64,000 bases of DNA. It comes from an uncultured virus (IMG/VR IMGVR_UViG_3300021400_004107) (taxonomy: Duplodnaviria; Heunggongvirae; Uroviricota; Caudoviricetes). The stretch is taken from IMG/VR virus record IMGVR_UViG_3300021400_004107, one strand, 5' to 3'. The stretch's first letter is position 1. Each line of letters begins with the position of its first letter. Below the pieces are notes generated by a model, which searched no databases, was not told the origin of the DNA, and saw nothing but the letters and a program-made list of their open reading frames with translations. A program made the translations under genes and the position numbers. Positions 19,817 to 29,864 of the stretch are shown piece by piece.

Positions 19817-20425
19817 ATGGCAAAGCTATATTTCAAGTACGGTGCAATGGGCGCGGCAAAGTCCGCTCAAGCGCTCGTTACCAAGTTCAACTACGAAGAG
19901 CGCGGTATGAGGTGCTGGCTCATTAAGCCCGCAGTCGATACCCGTGGCAGCATCTACAAGGTCGCGTCCAGGATCGGCATCGATTCCGAGTGTGAGCCTA
20001 TCTCTGAGCACCTGAACATCGTCGATCTGTATAAGGCTTTCCCGGCAAGTGAGAAACCGGGCGTGGTCATTGCAGACGAGGCACAGTTCTTCACAGTGGA
20101 TCAGATAGACCAGTTAAGAGAACTCGTGGATATTACCGACACGGCAGTGCTTTGCTTCGGGCTCCGCACCGATTTCAGGACCAAGCTCTTTCCTGCATCC
20201 GCAAGACTCATGGAAGTAGCCGACTCCATTGAAGAGATAAAGACTATGTGTGAGTGCGGAAAGAAGGCGACAGTGAACGCGAGGCTTGATCCTAACGGCA
20301 ATATCGTTACGGAAGGCGACCAGGTTGAGATTGGCGGCAACGACAGGTACCAAGCCATGTGCCACCGTTGTTACGCGGAAATGCTATCACAGCAGCAGAT
20401 GATGTTCGCATCACTCGGAAGATAA
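19817..20425 (+). CDS. tdk: Thymidine kinase
   Basis: KLYFKYGAM..KS, DEAQF, FGLRTDF, C.CGKKA..NAR, IGGND.Y...C..C. Confidence 0.95.
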   Translation: MAKLYFKYGAMGAAKSAQALVTKFNYEERGMRCWLIKPAVDTRGSIYKVASRIGIDSECEPISEHLNIVDLYKAFPASEKPGVVIADEAQFFTVDQIDQLRELVDITDTAVLCFGLRTDFRTKLFPASARLMEVADSIEEIKTMCECGKKATVNARLDPNGNIVTEGDQVEIGGNDRYQAMCHRCYAEMLSQQQMMFASLGR

Positions 20426-20451
20426 ATCAATACAGAAAGGAAATACTAACT

Positions 20452-20706
20452 ATGAAGAACGCAAACATTTCTATCACGCTCCCTGAGAGTACACTGCAGC
20501 ATCTCGACGAAATCTGCGCCGAGAAGAACCTTAAGAGAAGTCAGGTAGTTGAGCTTCTTATCGGTGTGCATAAGGCACAACTTGAAGAGGGCAATGAACT
20601 TCTTCCTATCTACAAGGTGTCTATGCCCGATCGTCAGGCTTACCTCACGCCCGATGAGATCGAATCTCTTAAGAGAAAGGGCTTCACAGTTACTCAGGGT
20701 GAGTGA
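20452..20706 (+). CDS. CopG/RHH regulator
   Basis: ISITLPES.L..LD......KRSQVV pattern. Confidence 0.7.
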   Translation: MKNANISITLPESTLQHLDEICAEKNLKRSQVVELLIGVHKAQLEEGNELLPIYKVSMPDRQAYLTPDEIESLKRKGFTVTQGE

Positions 20707-20708
20707 GA

Positions 20709-21050
20709 ATGCGACTTTTGGAAAAGATAACAAGAATAAAGGATCCTAAGTGCTGGTCGGAGTCTTCACAGGCTCCCAGCATGATCCATGCCGGTATGAC
20801 TAATGCGTTCGTGTTTGACTTCGCCGAAGGTGAGCCTAAATATGTCATCGAGGAAACGTGGTCTAACGGAGCGTCGCTGTTCATACCGGGCATCTTGGAC
20901 GGCAACTATGAGCCCAAGTGCTTCACTGAGGCTCGTGGCGACAAGGTGCATATCAAGTCAGCCAAGTCGCTTTCTGATGCCAGGGAGATGTGTGCTCAGC
21001 ATCTGCTTGCTTTGGTCACACTGAGTCAACTGGGATCAAGAGGGTATTAA
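20709..21050 (+). CDS. Hypothetical protein
   Basis: Operon ORF. Confidence 0.5.
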   Translation: MRLLEKITRIKDPKCWSESSQAPSMIHAGMTNAFVFDFAEGEPKYVIEETWSNGASLFIPGILDGNYEPKCFTEARGDKVHIKSAKSLSDAREMCAQHLLALVTLSQLGSRGY

Positions 21051-21052
21051 GC

Positions 21053-21598
21053 ATGGTACAGATAGACATTGCTATGCCGGAAGATTGTGGGATCTGTGAA
21101 CTGTCACATACAGACGAAGAAGGCGATACCTGGTGCCTGTACGGCAGATGCACCGTTAATCAGTATCAAGGCGAAAGACCTCACTGGTGCCCGCTGAAAG
21201 AAGGGAATGAGAATGAGTAACAATGAGCAAAATTGCAAGTGTCCGGATTGTCGATATTGCAGAAAGCTTAAGCACGATTTCGAGGTTGGCAAGGGTCATG
21301 TCGAAGGTCTTTGCTGTGTCGCTCTGGCAAATGAAGAAGACGGCTTCGTATTGGAAATAGATGAGAACAGTTACTGTGAGATGTTTTGGAGGAAGATGTA
21401 ATGGGTTCCGAATACTATGCCTCGCCATACTCACCGCGTAAGTGGCCGCCAACACCGGCGTCGATATTCAGCGGTGAAGCCGTAATTCTCGACGGTTGGA
21501 TTCTTTGCAGCAAGTGCGGTAAAAGGACATATGTACCGAAAATTGCCTGTAAGGATACGTCTTCGTTTATATGCTCCGATTGCAAGGAGAAAGAATAA
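21053..21598 (+). other. Three consecutive small Cys-rich phage-like ORFs (21053-21220, 21213-21401, 21401-21598)
   Basis: Overlapping stop/start codons and CxxC motifs. Confidence 0.5.
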
Positions 21599-21601
21599 GA
21601 T

Positions 21602-21967
21602 ATGACTTCCTATATCGGATACCTACCGCCTAACGGTGAACTTATTGAATGTGAGTCTTACGGTCATACATCTCTGGCGTTGGACTTAGTCGAGAAGATG
21701 AAAGACGTCCCGGCAGAGTTTAAGACCAACGGGGTCAAAGCCGAGGAATACCTGTTATCTCTCGGATACATAGCTGTCAGAGCTCGTGACGCCTACGGCA
21801 AGATCGGGTATTTCGTTAACGAAAACAGCGAGCGCAGGATCCACATGACCGAAGCACAGAAGACCTGGCTCCTTGAACACTATGATGATTTTGCCCCGGA
21901 AAAGCAAAGATGCGTTGACGAGCTGTTCCGTTGGGACGGCTCGGGAGCAATAAGAGAAAGGATCTGA
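21602..21967 (+). CDS. Hypothetical protein
   Basis: 121-aa operon ORF. Confidence 0.55.
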   Translation: MTSYIGYLPPNGELIECESYGHTSLALDLVEKMKDVPAEFKTNGVKAEEYLLSLGYIAVRARDAYGKIGYFVNENSERRIHMTEAQKTWLLEHYDDFAPEKQRCVDELFRWDGSGAIRERI

Positions 21968-21970
21968 ATA

Positions 21971-22582
21971 ATGATAGAACGTACGATCAGATTAAATAAG
22001 GATGTGCCCTTTTGGCTCGGCGACCGCTTTTTCAAGGTCGAAAAGAGGAACAAAAAGCCCTATAGAGACACTAAAGACAGTGAGAGGACTTTTGCCACCA
22101 AGTGCCCGTCCTGTAACGATGATAGGATGATCAGATATACCGGGGCTGACGGGAGGCAATATGAGGCTCAATGCCCTGTTTGTAAAAGCTCGTACGGAGT
22201 CAGTTACGGGAACAGGATCACGCTCTCACGCTGGGAAGTACACGAGTATATCGTGAATACGATCGCTGCCTCGGGGGAACCGGTGTTGGCTGCCTACAAG
22301 AATGGTCAGTGCGTCATTGAAAATGTGTCGTTAAGAGCTTTTTGCAAGACAGGACGATGCGCAGATGATTACGTTGAAGCCACGGTACCGTATTGGACAT
22401 CTAATATCGACCCTGATATAGACAAGTTAGCTATTGATCAGACCGGCTTTACTCCGGGGGACTTCGTGTTCAGGAGTAAGAAGGATGCAGAAAGATTTCA
22501 GGCTATGCTTATCGACAATGACAAGAAGCGTCTGAGTGACTTTAATAAGAAATACCAGACGGAACACGAATATCCGTTCTGA
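21971..22582 (+). CDS. Hypothetical zinc-ribbon protein
   Basis: CPSC...CPVC. Confidence 0.55.
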   Translation: MIERTIRLNKDVPFWLGDRFFKVEKRNKKPYRDTKDSERTFATKCPSCNDDRMIRYTGADGRQYEAQCPVCKSSYGVSYGNRITLSRWEVHEYIVNTIAASGEPVLAAYKNGQCVIENVSLRAFCKTGRCADDYVEATVPYWTSNIDPDIDKLAIDQTGFTPGDFVFRSKKDAERFQAMLIDNDKKRLSDFNKKYQTEHEYPF

Positions 22583-22659
22583 TATCAGCTTGTTGTAATT
22601 CTAAGCTTGAAACCCTGCGTTTGTCCGTGGGGTTTAATTCTATCTAAGGAGCATTTACT

Positions 22660-25089
22660 ATGCCATTTATTGCAGGAGGGTTTTATACTCCAAGCCCAAG
22701 AAGGAACACCGGATTTTCTCAGAGGCAGAACTGTGTTTTTGCAAATGAACTCAAGGAAGCGATAGACAGAGGAGACCCTGTAACTCTTGAAGGCGAACTG
22801 GTCAAGGAGCGTTTCCGCAACGACTCGACCGGTATCGCCTGCATTGTTATCAGACTTACGGGCAACTCGTCTGCAAGCGGGTACATTCCCGTGATCGGGA
22901 AAGTGGTACCTCTGTCCGACGGTGCTCGAGTATCCGCTACGGGTAAAGTTGTCAATGACCCTAAGTGGGGGCTTCAGATGCCCAAGGCGCTAATTGAGCC
23001 CGTTGTGGCCAACACCAGAGCCGGTATCGTCAAGTTCCTCGTAAATGAGGTACCGGGCTTAGGTGAGAAGAAGGCCAACAGGCTATACGATGCTTACGGC
23101 GAAGACACTCTTACCGTGCTTGCTACAGCACCCGACAGAGTAGCCGAAGAAATCCGCGGCATATCTCCTGCGCTCGCGGAGAATATCAGCCGCGCCGCTG
23201 CTATTCAGACCCGTACCGTCAACCGTGACGCGCTCCTGTTCTGCCTTAACGTCGGTCTGTCTCCTAACAACGCTATCGACATCTGTGATAAGTACGGCAG
23301 TCAGTACCGCACGGTCATCACTGCCAATCCGTATTGTCTTATCGAGGATATCCACGGTATAGGCTTCAGGAAGGCGGACGCCGTAGCCATGTCCATCGGC
23401 ATTCCTGCTGACAGCAGATTCCGTATAGGTGCGGCCATCAAAGAGGTACTTTCAGAGAACGAGAATCCCGGAAGTAACGTGTATCTGGATAAGGACGCAC
23501 TTATCTTCAGGACGTCGGCACTGTTATCTAACGGCTCCGTATCTTCTCCGGTCACTAATGAGAAGATCGCGGACGTCCTGGACGAACTCGCAAGAGAAGA
23601 AGATATCGTGTTAGAACCTGACCCCGTAACAGGAGAAACGCGCTGCTATCTGCGTGAGTCTTACGAGGTGGAGAAGTTCATCGCAACGCGCTTAATGGAT
23701 ATTTCTGACGCACCTTTGTACCGGGACTACACATCCGGTGTTGTCAATTCGAGACTTAATGACCTGGAAAGGATACTCACGAGCCAAGGCTATCCGAGCC
23801 TGGACGATGACCAGAAAGAAGCAGTCATCAGAGCGCTGTCGAACAATGTCTCAGTCATTACCGGCGGTCCCGGTGTCGGTAAGACGACTATTCTGAAGTA
23901 CATCTCCGAGTATGTAGATCGTTATGTCAGCGACAAAGTCTGGCTCTGTGCTCCGACGGGCAAGGCCGCCAAGAGAATGTCTGAGCAAGCCGGAATCAGA
24001 GCATACACGATACACCGTCTGTTCAAGACAAGCGGTAATGAGGTTCCGACTCCGTCTATCATCGGTACTAAGCGATCCGGTGTGTTTATCGTCGACGAGT
24101 CTTCGATGCTGAACGAGAGACTGATGGGATCTCTTCTTAATCACTTGGGCCCGGGTGCAAAGCTCATTCTTGTCGGGGACAAGGATCAGCTGCCGTCTAT
24201 CGGCGCAGGTCAGGTCTTGAACGATATTATCAACAGCGAGTGTGTGCCTGTGTCATTCCTTACCAAGATCCATAGACAGGCAGAGGACAGCCACGTCATT
24301 TCCTGTGCTCATGCAATTAACGAGAGAGGGTATGTCGATCTGACTTCTCAGTTTAAGGACTTCGCGTTCTGCCAGGCTAATCAGTCCAACTCCAAGGAGT
24401 CGGTCCGCATCCTGTATCAGGCGGCCTTGTCCAAGGGCTATACTACAGAGGACATCCAGGTATTAAGTCCCTGGAAGAGCGAGGATAAGAGTGAGTGTTC
24501 TGCCGACGCTCTGAACGCATTCTTACAGCCGATAGTAAATCCCGCAGCCGAGGATAAGGCCGAGTTCTCTATGCCTGACGGTAAGATCTTCAGAGAGGGT
24601 GACAAGGTCATACAGTCGGCAAACGACTATGAGATTACCTGCTATGATGCAGATGATCCCGAGGAGCCGGTAGAGAACGGTGTGTTCAACGGCGAGACCG
24701 GAACTATAACCGAGATCTCCGACGAGGACGGCTGTATCTATGTCAACTACGGCGATCGTATCGCTGCGTATGACTTCGCCAATTTGAATGACTTGAAGCT
24801 CGCGTATGCTATGTCGATACATAAGTCCCAGGGCTCTGAGTATAAACTCATAATCCTGCCTGTAACCAGAGGCGGCGGCGGAGACTTCTATACCCGTAAC
24901 ATGCTTTACACGGCCGTTACCCGTGCGTCCAAGACAGTCATACTGCTCGGCGATGCTCAGTATTTTAGAAGCATGGCCAGAAACGCATCTGCGTCTAAGC
25001 GTAAGACGGCTCTTGACGAGAAGATCCGCGCTGAGATCTCTCGCAGGATCGGCTCTTCAGGCTTGAATTTTACGCCCAATGGGCTATAA
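22660..25089 (+). CDS. recD2: RecD2/TraA-like SF1B helicase
   Basis: HhH region, NPY.L..DI.GIGF..AD, GGPGVGKT, DESSM, GD.DQLPS.GAG, AYAMSIHKSQGSEY, YTAVTRA. Confidence 0.93.
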   Translation: MPFIAGGFYTPSPRRNTGFSQRQNCVFANELKEAIDRGDPVTLEGELVKERFRNDSTGIACIVIRLTGNSSASGYIPVIGKVVPLSDGARVSATGKVVNDPKWGLQMPKALIEPVVANTRAGIVKFLVNEVPGLGEKKANRLYDAYGEDTLTVLATAPDRVAEEIRGISPALAENISRAAAIQTRTVNRDALLFCLNVGLSPNNAIDICDKYGSQYRTVITANPYCLIEDIHGIGFRKADAVAMSIGIPADSRFRIGAAIKEVLSENENPGSNVYLDKDALIFRTSALLSNGSVSSPVTNEKIADVLDELAREEDIVLEPDPVTGETRCYLRESYEVEKFIATRLMDISDAPLYRDYTSGVVNSRLNDLERILTSQGYPSLDDDQKEAVIRALSNNVSVITGGPGVGKTTILKYISEYVDRYVSDKVWLCAPTGKAAKRMSEQAGIRAYTIHRLFKTSGNEVPTPSIIGTKRSGVFIVDESSMLNERLMGSLLNHLGPGAKLILVGDKDQLPSIGAGQVLNDIINSECVPVSFLTKIHRQAEDSHVISCAHAINERGYVDLTSQFKDFAFCQANQSNSKESVRILYQAALSKGYTTEDIQVLSPWKSEDKSECSADALNAFLQPIVNPAAEDKAEFSMPDGKIFREGDKVIQSANDYEITCYDADDPEEPVENGVFNGETGTITEISDEDGCIYVNYGDRIAAYDFANLNDLKLAYAMSIHKSQGSEYKLIILPVTRGGGGDFYTRNMLYTAVTRASKTVILLGDAQYFRSMARNASASKRKTALDEKIRAEISRRIGSSGLNFTPNGL

Positions 25090-25106
25090 TATATTCAGGA
25101 GTAATT

Positions 25107-25766
25107 ATGGACGGTCGAGATCTTATGCTGTACGAAGACGCCAGGAAACTAAATCGAGCGTTAGAACTCATGAAAGAATTGAGTTTTGAGAGCGAGCTCG
25201 GCGTTAGTCTTAAGAACTCTTTGGCGAAGATCGAAGAGAGGTTTGAGAATTGGCGCCTCTTCGATGATTTCGAGAAAGCCGGGGATTTTTACACGGAGCA
25301 TCTGCCGAGGGAAGAAGGTGTCGACTTACGTATAAAGGCACCCGAGTCTATTGAGAACAAACTGCTTCGTACCAGACTTATGCAACAAAAAGGTGTTTTC
25401 AGGCCCTTTGAAAAGACGTTAAACGATTTAATGGGTTTGAGAATCATCGTAAGTGATTACAGTTTGTTACTAGGGCTGAGTTTAGGAGACGGTTACAGAA
25501 TTGTTGATATGTCTCAAGGGAAGGCTACAGATGACGGATATCGGGGTATCCATGTTTACTACCAGCCGGATCACAAGCATTATCCGGTAGAACTACAGAT
25601 CATGACGGAACAAGACAGAATATTTAATCTCTGGCTTCACGAATATACATACAAGATCCAAGGCAGAGAAGACGTTGGCAGGCAATTAAGGAAACTTTAT
25701 GAAAAGGGTGTTATTAGGACAGACAAGGATTTTAAGGAGAGTTTAGATGTATTACTTAGTCGTTAA
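25107..25766 (+). CDS. RelA/SpoT-domain protein (small alarmone synthetase-like nucleotidyltransferase)
   Basis: RIK..ESI..K, ND..G.RII, GYRGIH, ELQI.T motifs. Confidence 0.75.
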   Translation: MDGRDLMLYEDARKLNRALELMKELSFESELGVSLKNSLAKIEERFENWRLFDDFEKAGDFYTEHLPREEGVDLRIKAPESIENKLLRTRLMQQKGVFRPFEKTLNDLMGLRIIVSDYSLLLGLSLGDGYRIVDMSQGKATDDGYRGIHVYYQPDHKHYPVELQIMTEQDRIFNLWLHEYTYKIQGREDVGRQLRKLYEKGVIRTDKDFKESLDVLLSR

Positions 25767-25986
25767 GAGAATGGACGCGGGTCCCGGTGCTCATTACTTG
25801 GTAGCTCCATTTGAATACGAAGACAGGCAAGAAGCTCGCGCAATTCAGAGGGCGTCTGAAGGTTCGGGCATCTATGTTGCTATCGCCTCGAATGTATCAG
25901 ATGTTTACGGCGAGTATGCTAACCATGATGAAATCAGTCTCGAAGAACTCAAGGCGGTGCTTAGCGGCTGGGGAGCGCAACTTTGA
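25747..25986 (+). CDS. Small hypothetical protein overlapping the RelA/SpoT-like gene
   Basis: AAGGAG RBS, gene overlap. Confidence 0.55.
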   Translation: MYYLVVKRMDAGPGAHYLVAPFEYEDRQEARAIQRASEGSGIYVAIASNVSDVYGEYANHDEISLEELKAVLSGWGAQL

Positions 25987-25996
25987 GGTCTAAGTT

Positions 25997-26362
25997 ATGA
26001 TTTTTGAATTGTATAAGAGTGCTATATGTCAACGAGTTAAGTCGTGTGGGTACGAGGCTTTTGTAAAGGAGGTTTCTGCTTCTGACGAGATTCCTTCGTT
26101 GCTTGAGAAGCGCGAATTTGCAGAGGCTCTGTACTTGTTGGCGATGGTCGACTACCTTTCACGCAAGTACCGGATTCCTTTGTGCGAGCGTTTCGAATCT
26201 TTGAGAGGCTTGAAGTTGACTAAAACAATTTATCCTCGAGATATAGAGTTGTTGGCTACATTACAACACAGCGACGAAGTAAAAAAGAAAGCTTGGGAGG
26301 AAGCTATTCCCGAGTTCAAAAGGCACAACATAGTAGAAAACAACGTGGAGAATGTTTGCTGA
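25997..26362 (+). CDS. Hypothetical protein resembling TA-associated antitoxin C-terminal domain
   Basis: FELYKS.IC..VK, EALYLLAMVDYLSR, AIPEFKRHNIVE pattern. Confidence 0.5.
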   Translation: MIFELYKSAICQRVKSCGYEAFVKEVSASDEIPSLLEKREFAEALYLLAMVDYLSRKYRIPLCERFESLRGLKLTKTIYPRDIELLATLQHSDEVKKKAWEEAIPEFKRHNIVENNVENVC

Positions 26363-26499
26363 CTTCTCCTCGAATAAGGGAGGATGTTTTATTTCATACA
26401 CCTTTATTACAGGCAAAGCGTGAACTTGCATTGCCCTTGAAAAAACTTGCCCAGTGGGCTATATTATAAGTAAGAAAGATTACAGGAGATGTTTTCGAG

Positions 26500-26763
26500 A
26501 TGAAGGCTCTGTTTGAACAACTGGTAGAAAAGCTCAAGGCTCTCGGCTGCACCGAAGAAGAAGTCGGTGTGTTCTCCGAGGGTTTCGCGAAGCGCTGGGA
26601 ATCCTACGTTGCTCAGTACGGAGAGACTGAGGGCAGGAGCTATGCTCGTTTTGAGTTCGAGTCGTTGCAGGTAGAATTGTTGCAGCTCGAACGTGCCGGA
26701 GTCATCTCCCGTAGACAGCGTGAACAGCTCGAGAACTTTGTTTGGGAGGGTATTTCCGCATGA
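26500..26763 (+). CDS. Hypothetical protein
   Basis: Promoter and AGGAG RBS upstream. Confidence 0.55.
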   Translation: MKALFEQLVEKLKALGCTEEEVGVFSEGFAKRWESYVAQYGETEGRSYARFEFESLQVELLQLERAGVISRRQREQLENFVWEGISA

Positions 26764-27989
26764 ATAAGCGAATACTTAACGACAGATTGAATTTCGTAGG
26801 CGAAAATGACTATGGAGGACACGGTACAAAGACAGCTGTGCTTTACAACGGCAAGCGTTATCTTATGAAGATACCGGAACCGGTAAGAGAAACAAGCGAT
26901 TTAGACCTATCTCTGCATTCGGTTTCAGAATATATTTCCTGCCACATAGCACAATCTATGGGCCTTAATTGCCAAAATACCATCCTCGGTGAATGGACTG
27001 ACAACGACGGGCACAAGTATGATTGCTGCCTTTGTGAAGACTTTACATACGGTACTGATTATAAGTTGGCTGAAGTTAAGGCTATGTGCTATAAGTATGG
27101 CGACATGACTCAGGCAGAGCGCACTGCTCTCGAAGAAACGCCTACGTTCGAACGCATAGAGAATTTCTATAAGAGAGCCAAAAACATTGACGAAAAGGAA
27201 GCCTTGCGTGAGTTCGGCAGGATCTTCGTTCTGGATTCCTTCGTCGGCAATACGGATAGACATACAGGCAATTACGGTTTTCTGCAGAACTTGGCTACGG
27301 GTGAGATCAAGCCCTCTCCAATCTACGACTGCGGTTCTTCGCTGTTCCCTACTAAGTCCGATCAGGAGATATTGGGCAAGCCTTTGGGGTATCTTTCCGG
27401 GTCTGCGGACTCAGTTATCAGACAGCCCTCGAACGAGAAGTTGAGAATCAATTACAAAGCTTTCCTCTTCGAGGATAACCTTCCCTGGTACGTTCGTGAT
27501 GCAGTCCTGGAACTCGTCCCTCGCATCAATTTGGGCCAGATAAGAAGTTGCGTTGACTCAGCCGTGCCGTATATCTCACAGCAGAGAGCAGACATTCTGT
27601 ACAACGTGCTGGAATCCAGGTACAACGACACATTGATGCTGGCGTTCAAGAATCTCCTTACTAAGGATCTGGATTTGAACGCGGCGCAGAACGTCAACAC
27701 AAGAAGGATGCAGGAAGAGATCTTAAATCCGATTAAGAAGTATCCGATTAAGACGGATATTCCTGTAAAGTTGAATAACTCTTTCGTAAGTATCTTCCGC
27801 ATCAACGAGAATGTCGCCGTCGTTAAGAACGCGGAAGGGACACCAATCAGCTATCTCGATCTCAGACCTTCTAATAAGTATGTGATCAAGACAGCGGCAA
27901 GCCTTATGTCTAACGGTTTATTGCCCGACAGTTTCCTGTCAGGCCATCCTGCTCCTACAATACCGGGCGTCGGCGGTCTTATGAGGTGA
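26760..27989 (+). CDS. HipA-like kinase
   Basis: YGG.GTK, SEYISC.I, D..VGNTDRH.GNYG, PIYDCGSSL. Confidence 0.85.
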   Translation: MNKRILNDRLNFVGENDYGGHGTKTAVLYNGKRYLMKIPEPVRETSDLDLSLHSVSEYISCHIAQSMGLNCQNTILGEWTDNDGHKYDCCLCEDFTYGTDYKLAEVKAMCYKYGDMTQAERTALEETPTFERIENFYKRAKNIDEKEALREFGRIFVLDSFVGNTDRHTGNYGFLQNLATGEIKPSPIYDCGSSLFPTKSDQEILGKPLGYLSGSADSVIRQPSNEKLRINYKAFLFEDNLPWYVRDAVLELVPRINLGQIRSCVDSAVPYISQQRADILYNVLESRYNDTLMLAFKNLLTKDLDLNAAQNVNTRRMQEEILNPIKKYPIKTDIPVKLNNSFVSIFRINENVAVVKNAEGTPISYLDLRPSNKYVIKTAASLMSNGLLPDSFLSGHPAPTIPGVGGLMR

Positions 27990-28192
27990 CAATTGTGGAC
28001 ATACACTCTATCCGTAAACTATCAGGTCTTTCACAGATCGAGTTCTCGAGGACGTATGGCATACCGCTTCGAACACTCTGCCACTGGGAAAAAGGCGACA
28101 GAAAGACACCCGACTGGGCGTTAGCGCTCCTGGAACGGGTCGTCAGAGAAGACACGGAGAACGATAAGAATGGAGAATGCAGCAGAGTTTGA
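27986..28192 (+). CDS. XRE-type HTH protein (putative antitoxin)
   Basis: IR..SGLSQ.EFS..YGIPLRTL..WE.G.R.TP. Confidence 0.85.
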   Translation: MTIVDIHSIRKLSGLSQIEFSRTYGIPLRTLCHWEKGDRKTPDWALALLERVVREDTENDKNGECSRV

Positions 28193-28943
28193 TGATTTTA
28201 AGTTTCTGAGGCAGGGTTTCTACTGCCTCGGAGATGATGTGCCTGCTTGCGAGTCCGATCCTGAAGAGGAAATGCTCTGCGCTTATTTCGGCGAGTATTA
28301 TACCGAAGGCGAGTATCTGACCGAAGGATTTACCAGAGAAGACCTTCTCGACTGGGCTTATTACGATGGTGGTTACTACGGCTATGGTTACGGCTGTGGC
28401 TACGACCTCAGCGGAGTCTCTTACGCCGTCGACAGCAACATAGGCAACGAGCCTGCCGAGCATTCCATTTCCAAGAAGATCGACATTAAGAAGCAACAAG
28501 GTCCCAGATGCTCTGCGTACGCCTCTGCGCATCTTTTGCAGTTTTATGGCGTTAAGGCCAAGCCCAAGAAGCTCTACAAGCGCTTCCGTAAGCTCCCGGA
28601 CGGTTCTGCCATACCGTCATCCGTTGCCAAGGTCACGGGTTTTAAGATGCACCGTAACGGCAGCGTCACTGACATCGAGAGATCGATCGACGCCGACAAG
28701 CCGGTCATGGTCCTCGGTTACTACGATGATGAACCGAGTTGGGACAACCTGCATTATATGCTCGTTACAGGCTATGATGCCGAGAACATCTACATAGCAG
28801 ACTCGCTGCATACCTCAGGCGAGCGCTACTATAACCGTAAGATCAAGCGCGAGGATTTCGAGGAGATGTGGGACACCTCCGAGACTTTGCTCATTAAGAT
28901 CTTCTACGGCAGGAATATCTATTACGAATACAGCGAGGTTTGA
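28170..28943 (+). CDS. C39-like cysteine peptidase with acidic Tyr/Gly-rich N-terminus
   Basis: QQGPRCSAYA, HYMLVTGYD, YIADS. Confidence 0.7.
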   Translation: MENAAEFDDFKFLRQGFYCLGDDVPACESDPEEEMLCAYFGEYYTEGEYLTEGFTREDLLDWAYYDGGYYGYGYGCGYDLSGVSYAVDSNIGNEPAEHSISKKIDIKKQQGPRCSAYASAHLLQFYGVKAKPKKLYKRFRKLPDGSAIPSSVAKVTGFKMHRNGSVTDIERSIDADKPVMVLGYYDDEPSWDNLHYMLVTGYDAENIYIADSLHTSGERYYNRKIKREDFEEMWDTSETLLIKIFYGRNIYYEYSEV

Positions 28944-28945
28944 TC

Positions 28946-29749
28946 ATGACTCCAAGAGATGACAGAAAACTCGAGCTGTTGTATAAGATGCAACAGCCGT
29001 GCTACGACGACAATAAGGCCTTCACTAACACCGCTAAGCTCGACAAGATCCGCGAGCTCTCGGAAGGGAATAGTTACTCGGCGATCCGCGTTCAGGGCGA
29101 CCTGTTTCATCTGTGTTCCCAGTCGCCGTTAGACCGTCTGGATCCCGCACACACCATTGTACTCTCTACGCACGCAGACTTTGTGCCGGCGATCCAGAAC
29201 CCTTTCGTTGAAGTAAAGGGCGATGTCCTGCACGGTACGTTCGATAACTCGGCGACTAATGCCGCAGCGTTATACCTGATGCTGGAAGCGAACCTGCCGA
29301 TGAATGTCCTGGTCGCTTTTACCGGGAACGAGGAGCACGGTATGCGAGGCGCAGCTGAACTGGACAAGTTTCTTGTATCGCAGCTCGGTACGCATCCGTT
29401 CTATCTGACGCTGGACGTCACAAATATCGGCTATAAGAAGAAGCAATATTCCATTGAGAATACCTTCTCCTTACCTGAAGAGAACATTCAGGATTTGATT
29501 CAAATATGCAAGGGCACCGGTTACAACGGTTATCTGTACCCGCAAGCTCTTGCTGACGAGTCGTATGAGTACAGCAGGCTAGGTGCTAAGTGTTGTAGCT
29601 TTTGCGTTCCTACTAAGGGTCCTATGCATTCTGACAAGGGTTGCTCTATGGAACTTACGGCGTATTTGGCATACGTCGATGTTCTGGAACGCATTACCAA
29701 GTGGTTCAGGCCTCCTATGCCTGTGGCAGAAACAGGACTTGGCAGGTAA
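28946..29749 (+). CDS. M28/M20-like Zn metallopeptidase
   Basis: STHAD, GTFDN, FTGNEE.G, LDVT, MHS. Confidence 0.7.
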   Translation: MTPRDDRKLELLYKMQQPCYDDNKAFTNTAKLDKIRELSEGNSYSAIRVQGDLFHLCSQSPLDRLDPAHTIVLSTHADFVPAIQNPFVEVKGDVLHGTFDNSATNAAALYLMLEANLPMNVLVAFTGNEEHGMRGAAELDKFLVSQLGTHPFYLTLDVTNIGYKKKQYSIENTFSLPEENIQDLIQICKGTGYNGYLYPQALADESYEYSRLGAKCCSFCVPTKGPMHSDKGCSMELTAYLAYVDVLERITKWFRPPMPVAETGLGR

Positions 29750-29794
29750 GAGGAAGATCATGTGATAATTCCCGGCATTTTTGCGTTTTTGCTC

Positions 29795-29823
29795 TTGCAT
29801 TTCTGATAAGAAGTTGCTATATT
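29795..29823 (+). promoter_or_regulatory. sigmaA-type promoter of tnpB
   Basis: TTGCAT-17 nt-TATATT preceded by TGC. Confidence 0.65.
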
Positions 29824-29864
29824 ATTTGTATAGAAAAATATAGAAAGAATTGAGGGAATGCACT

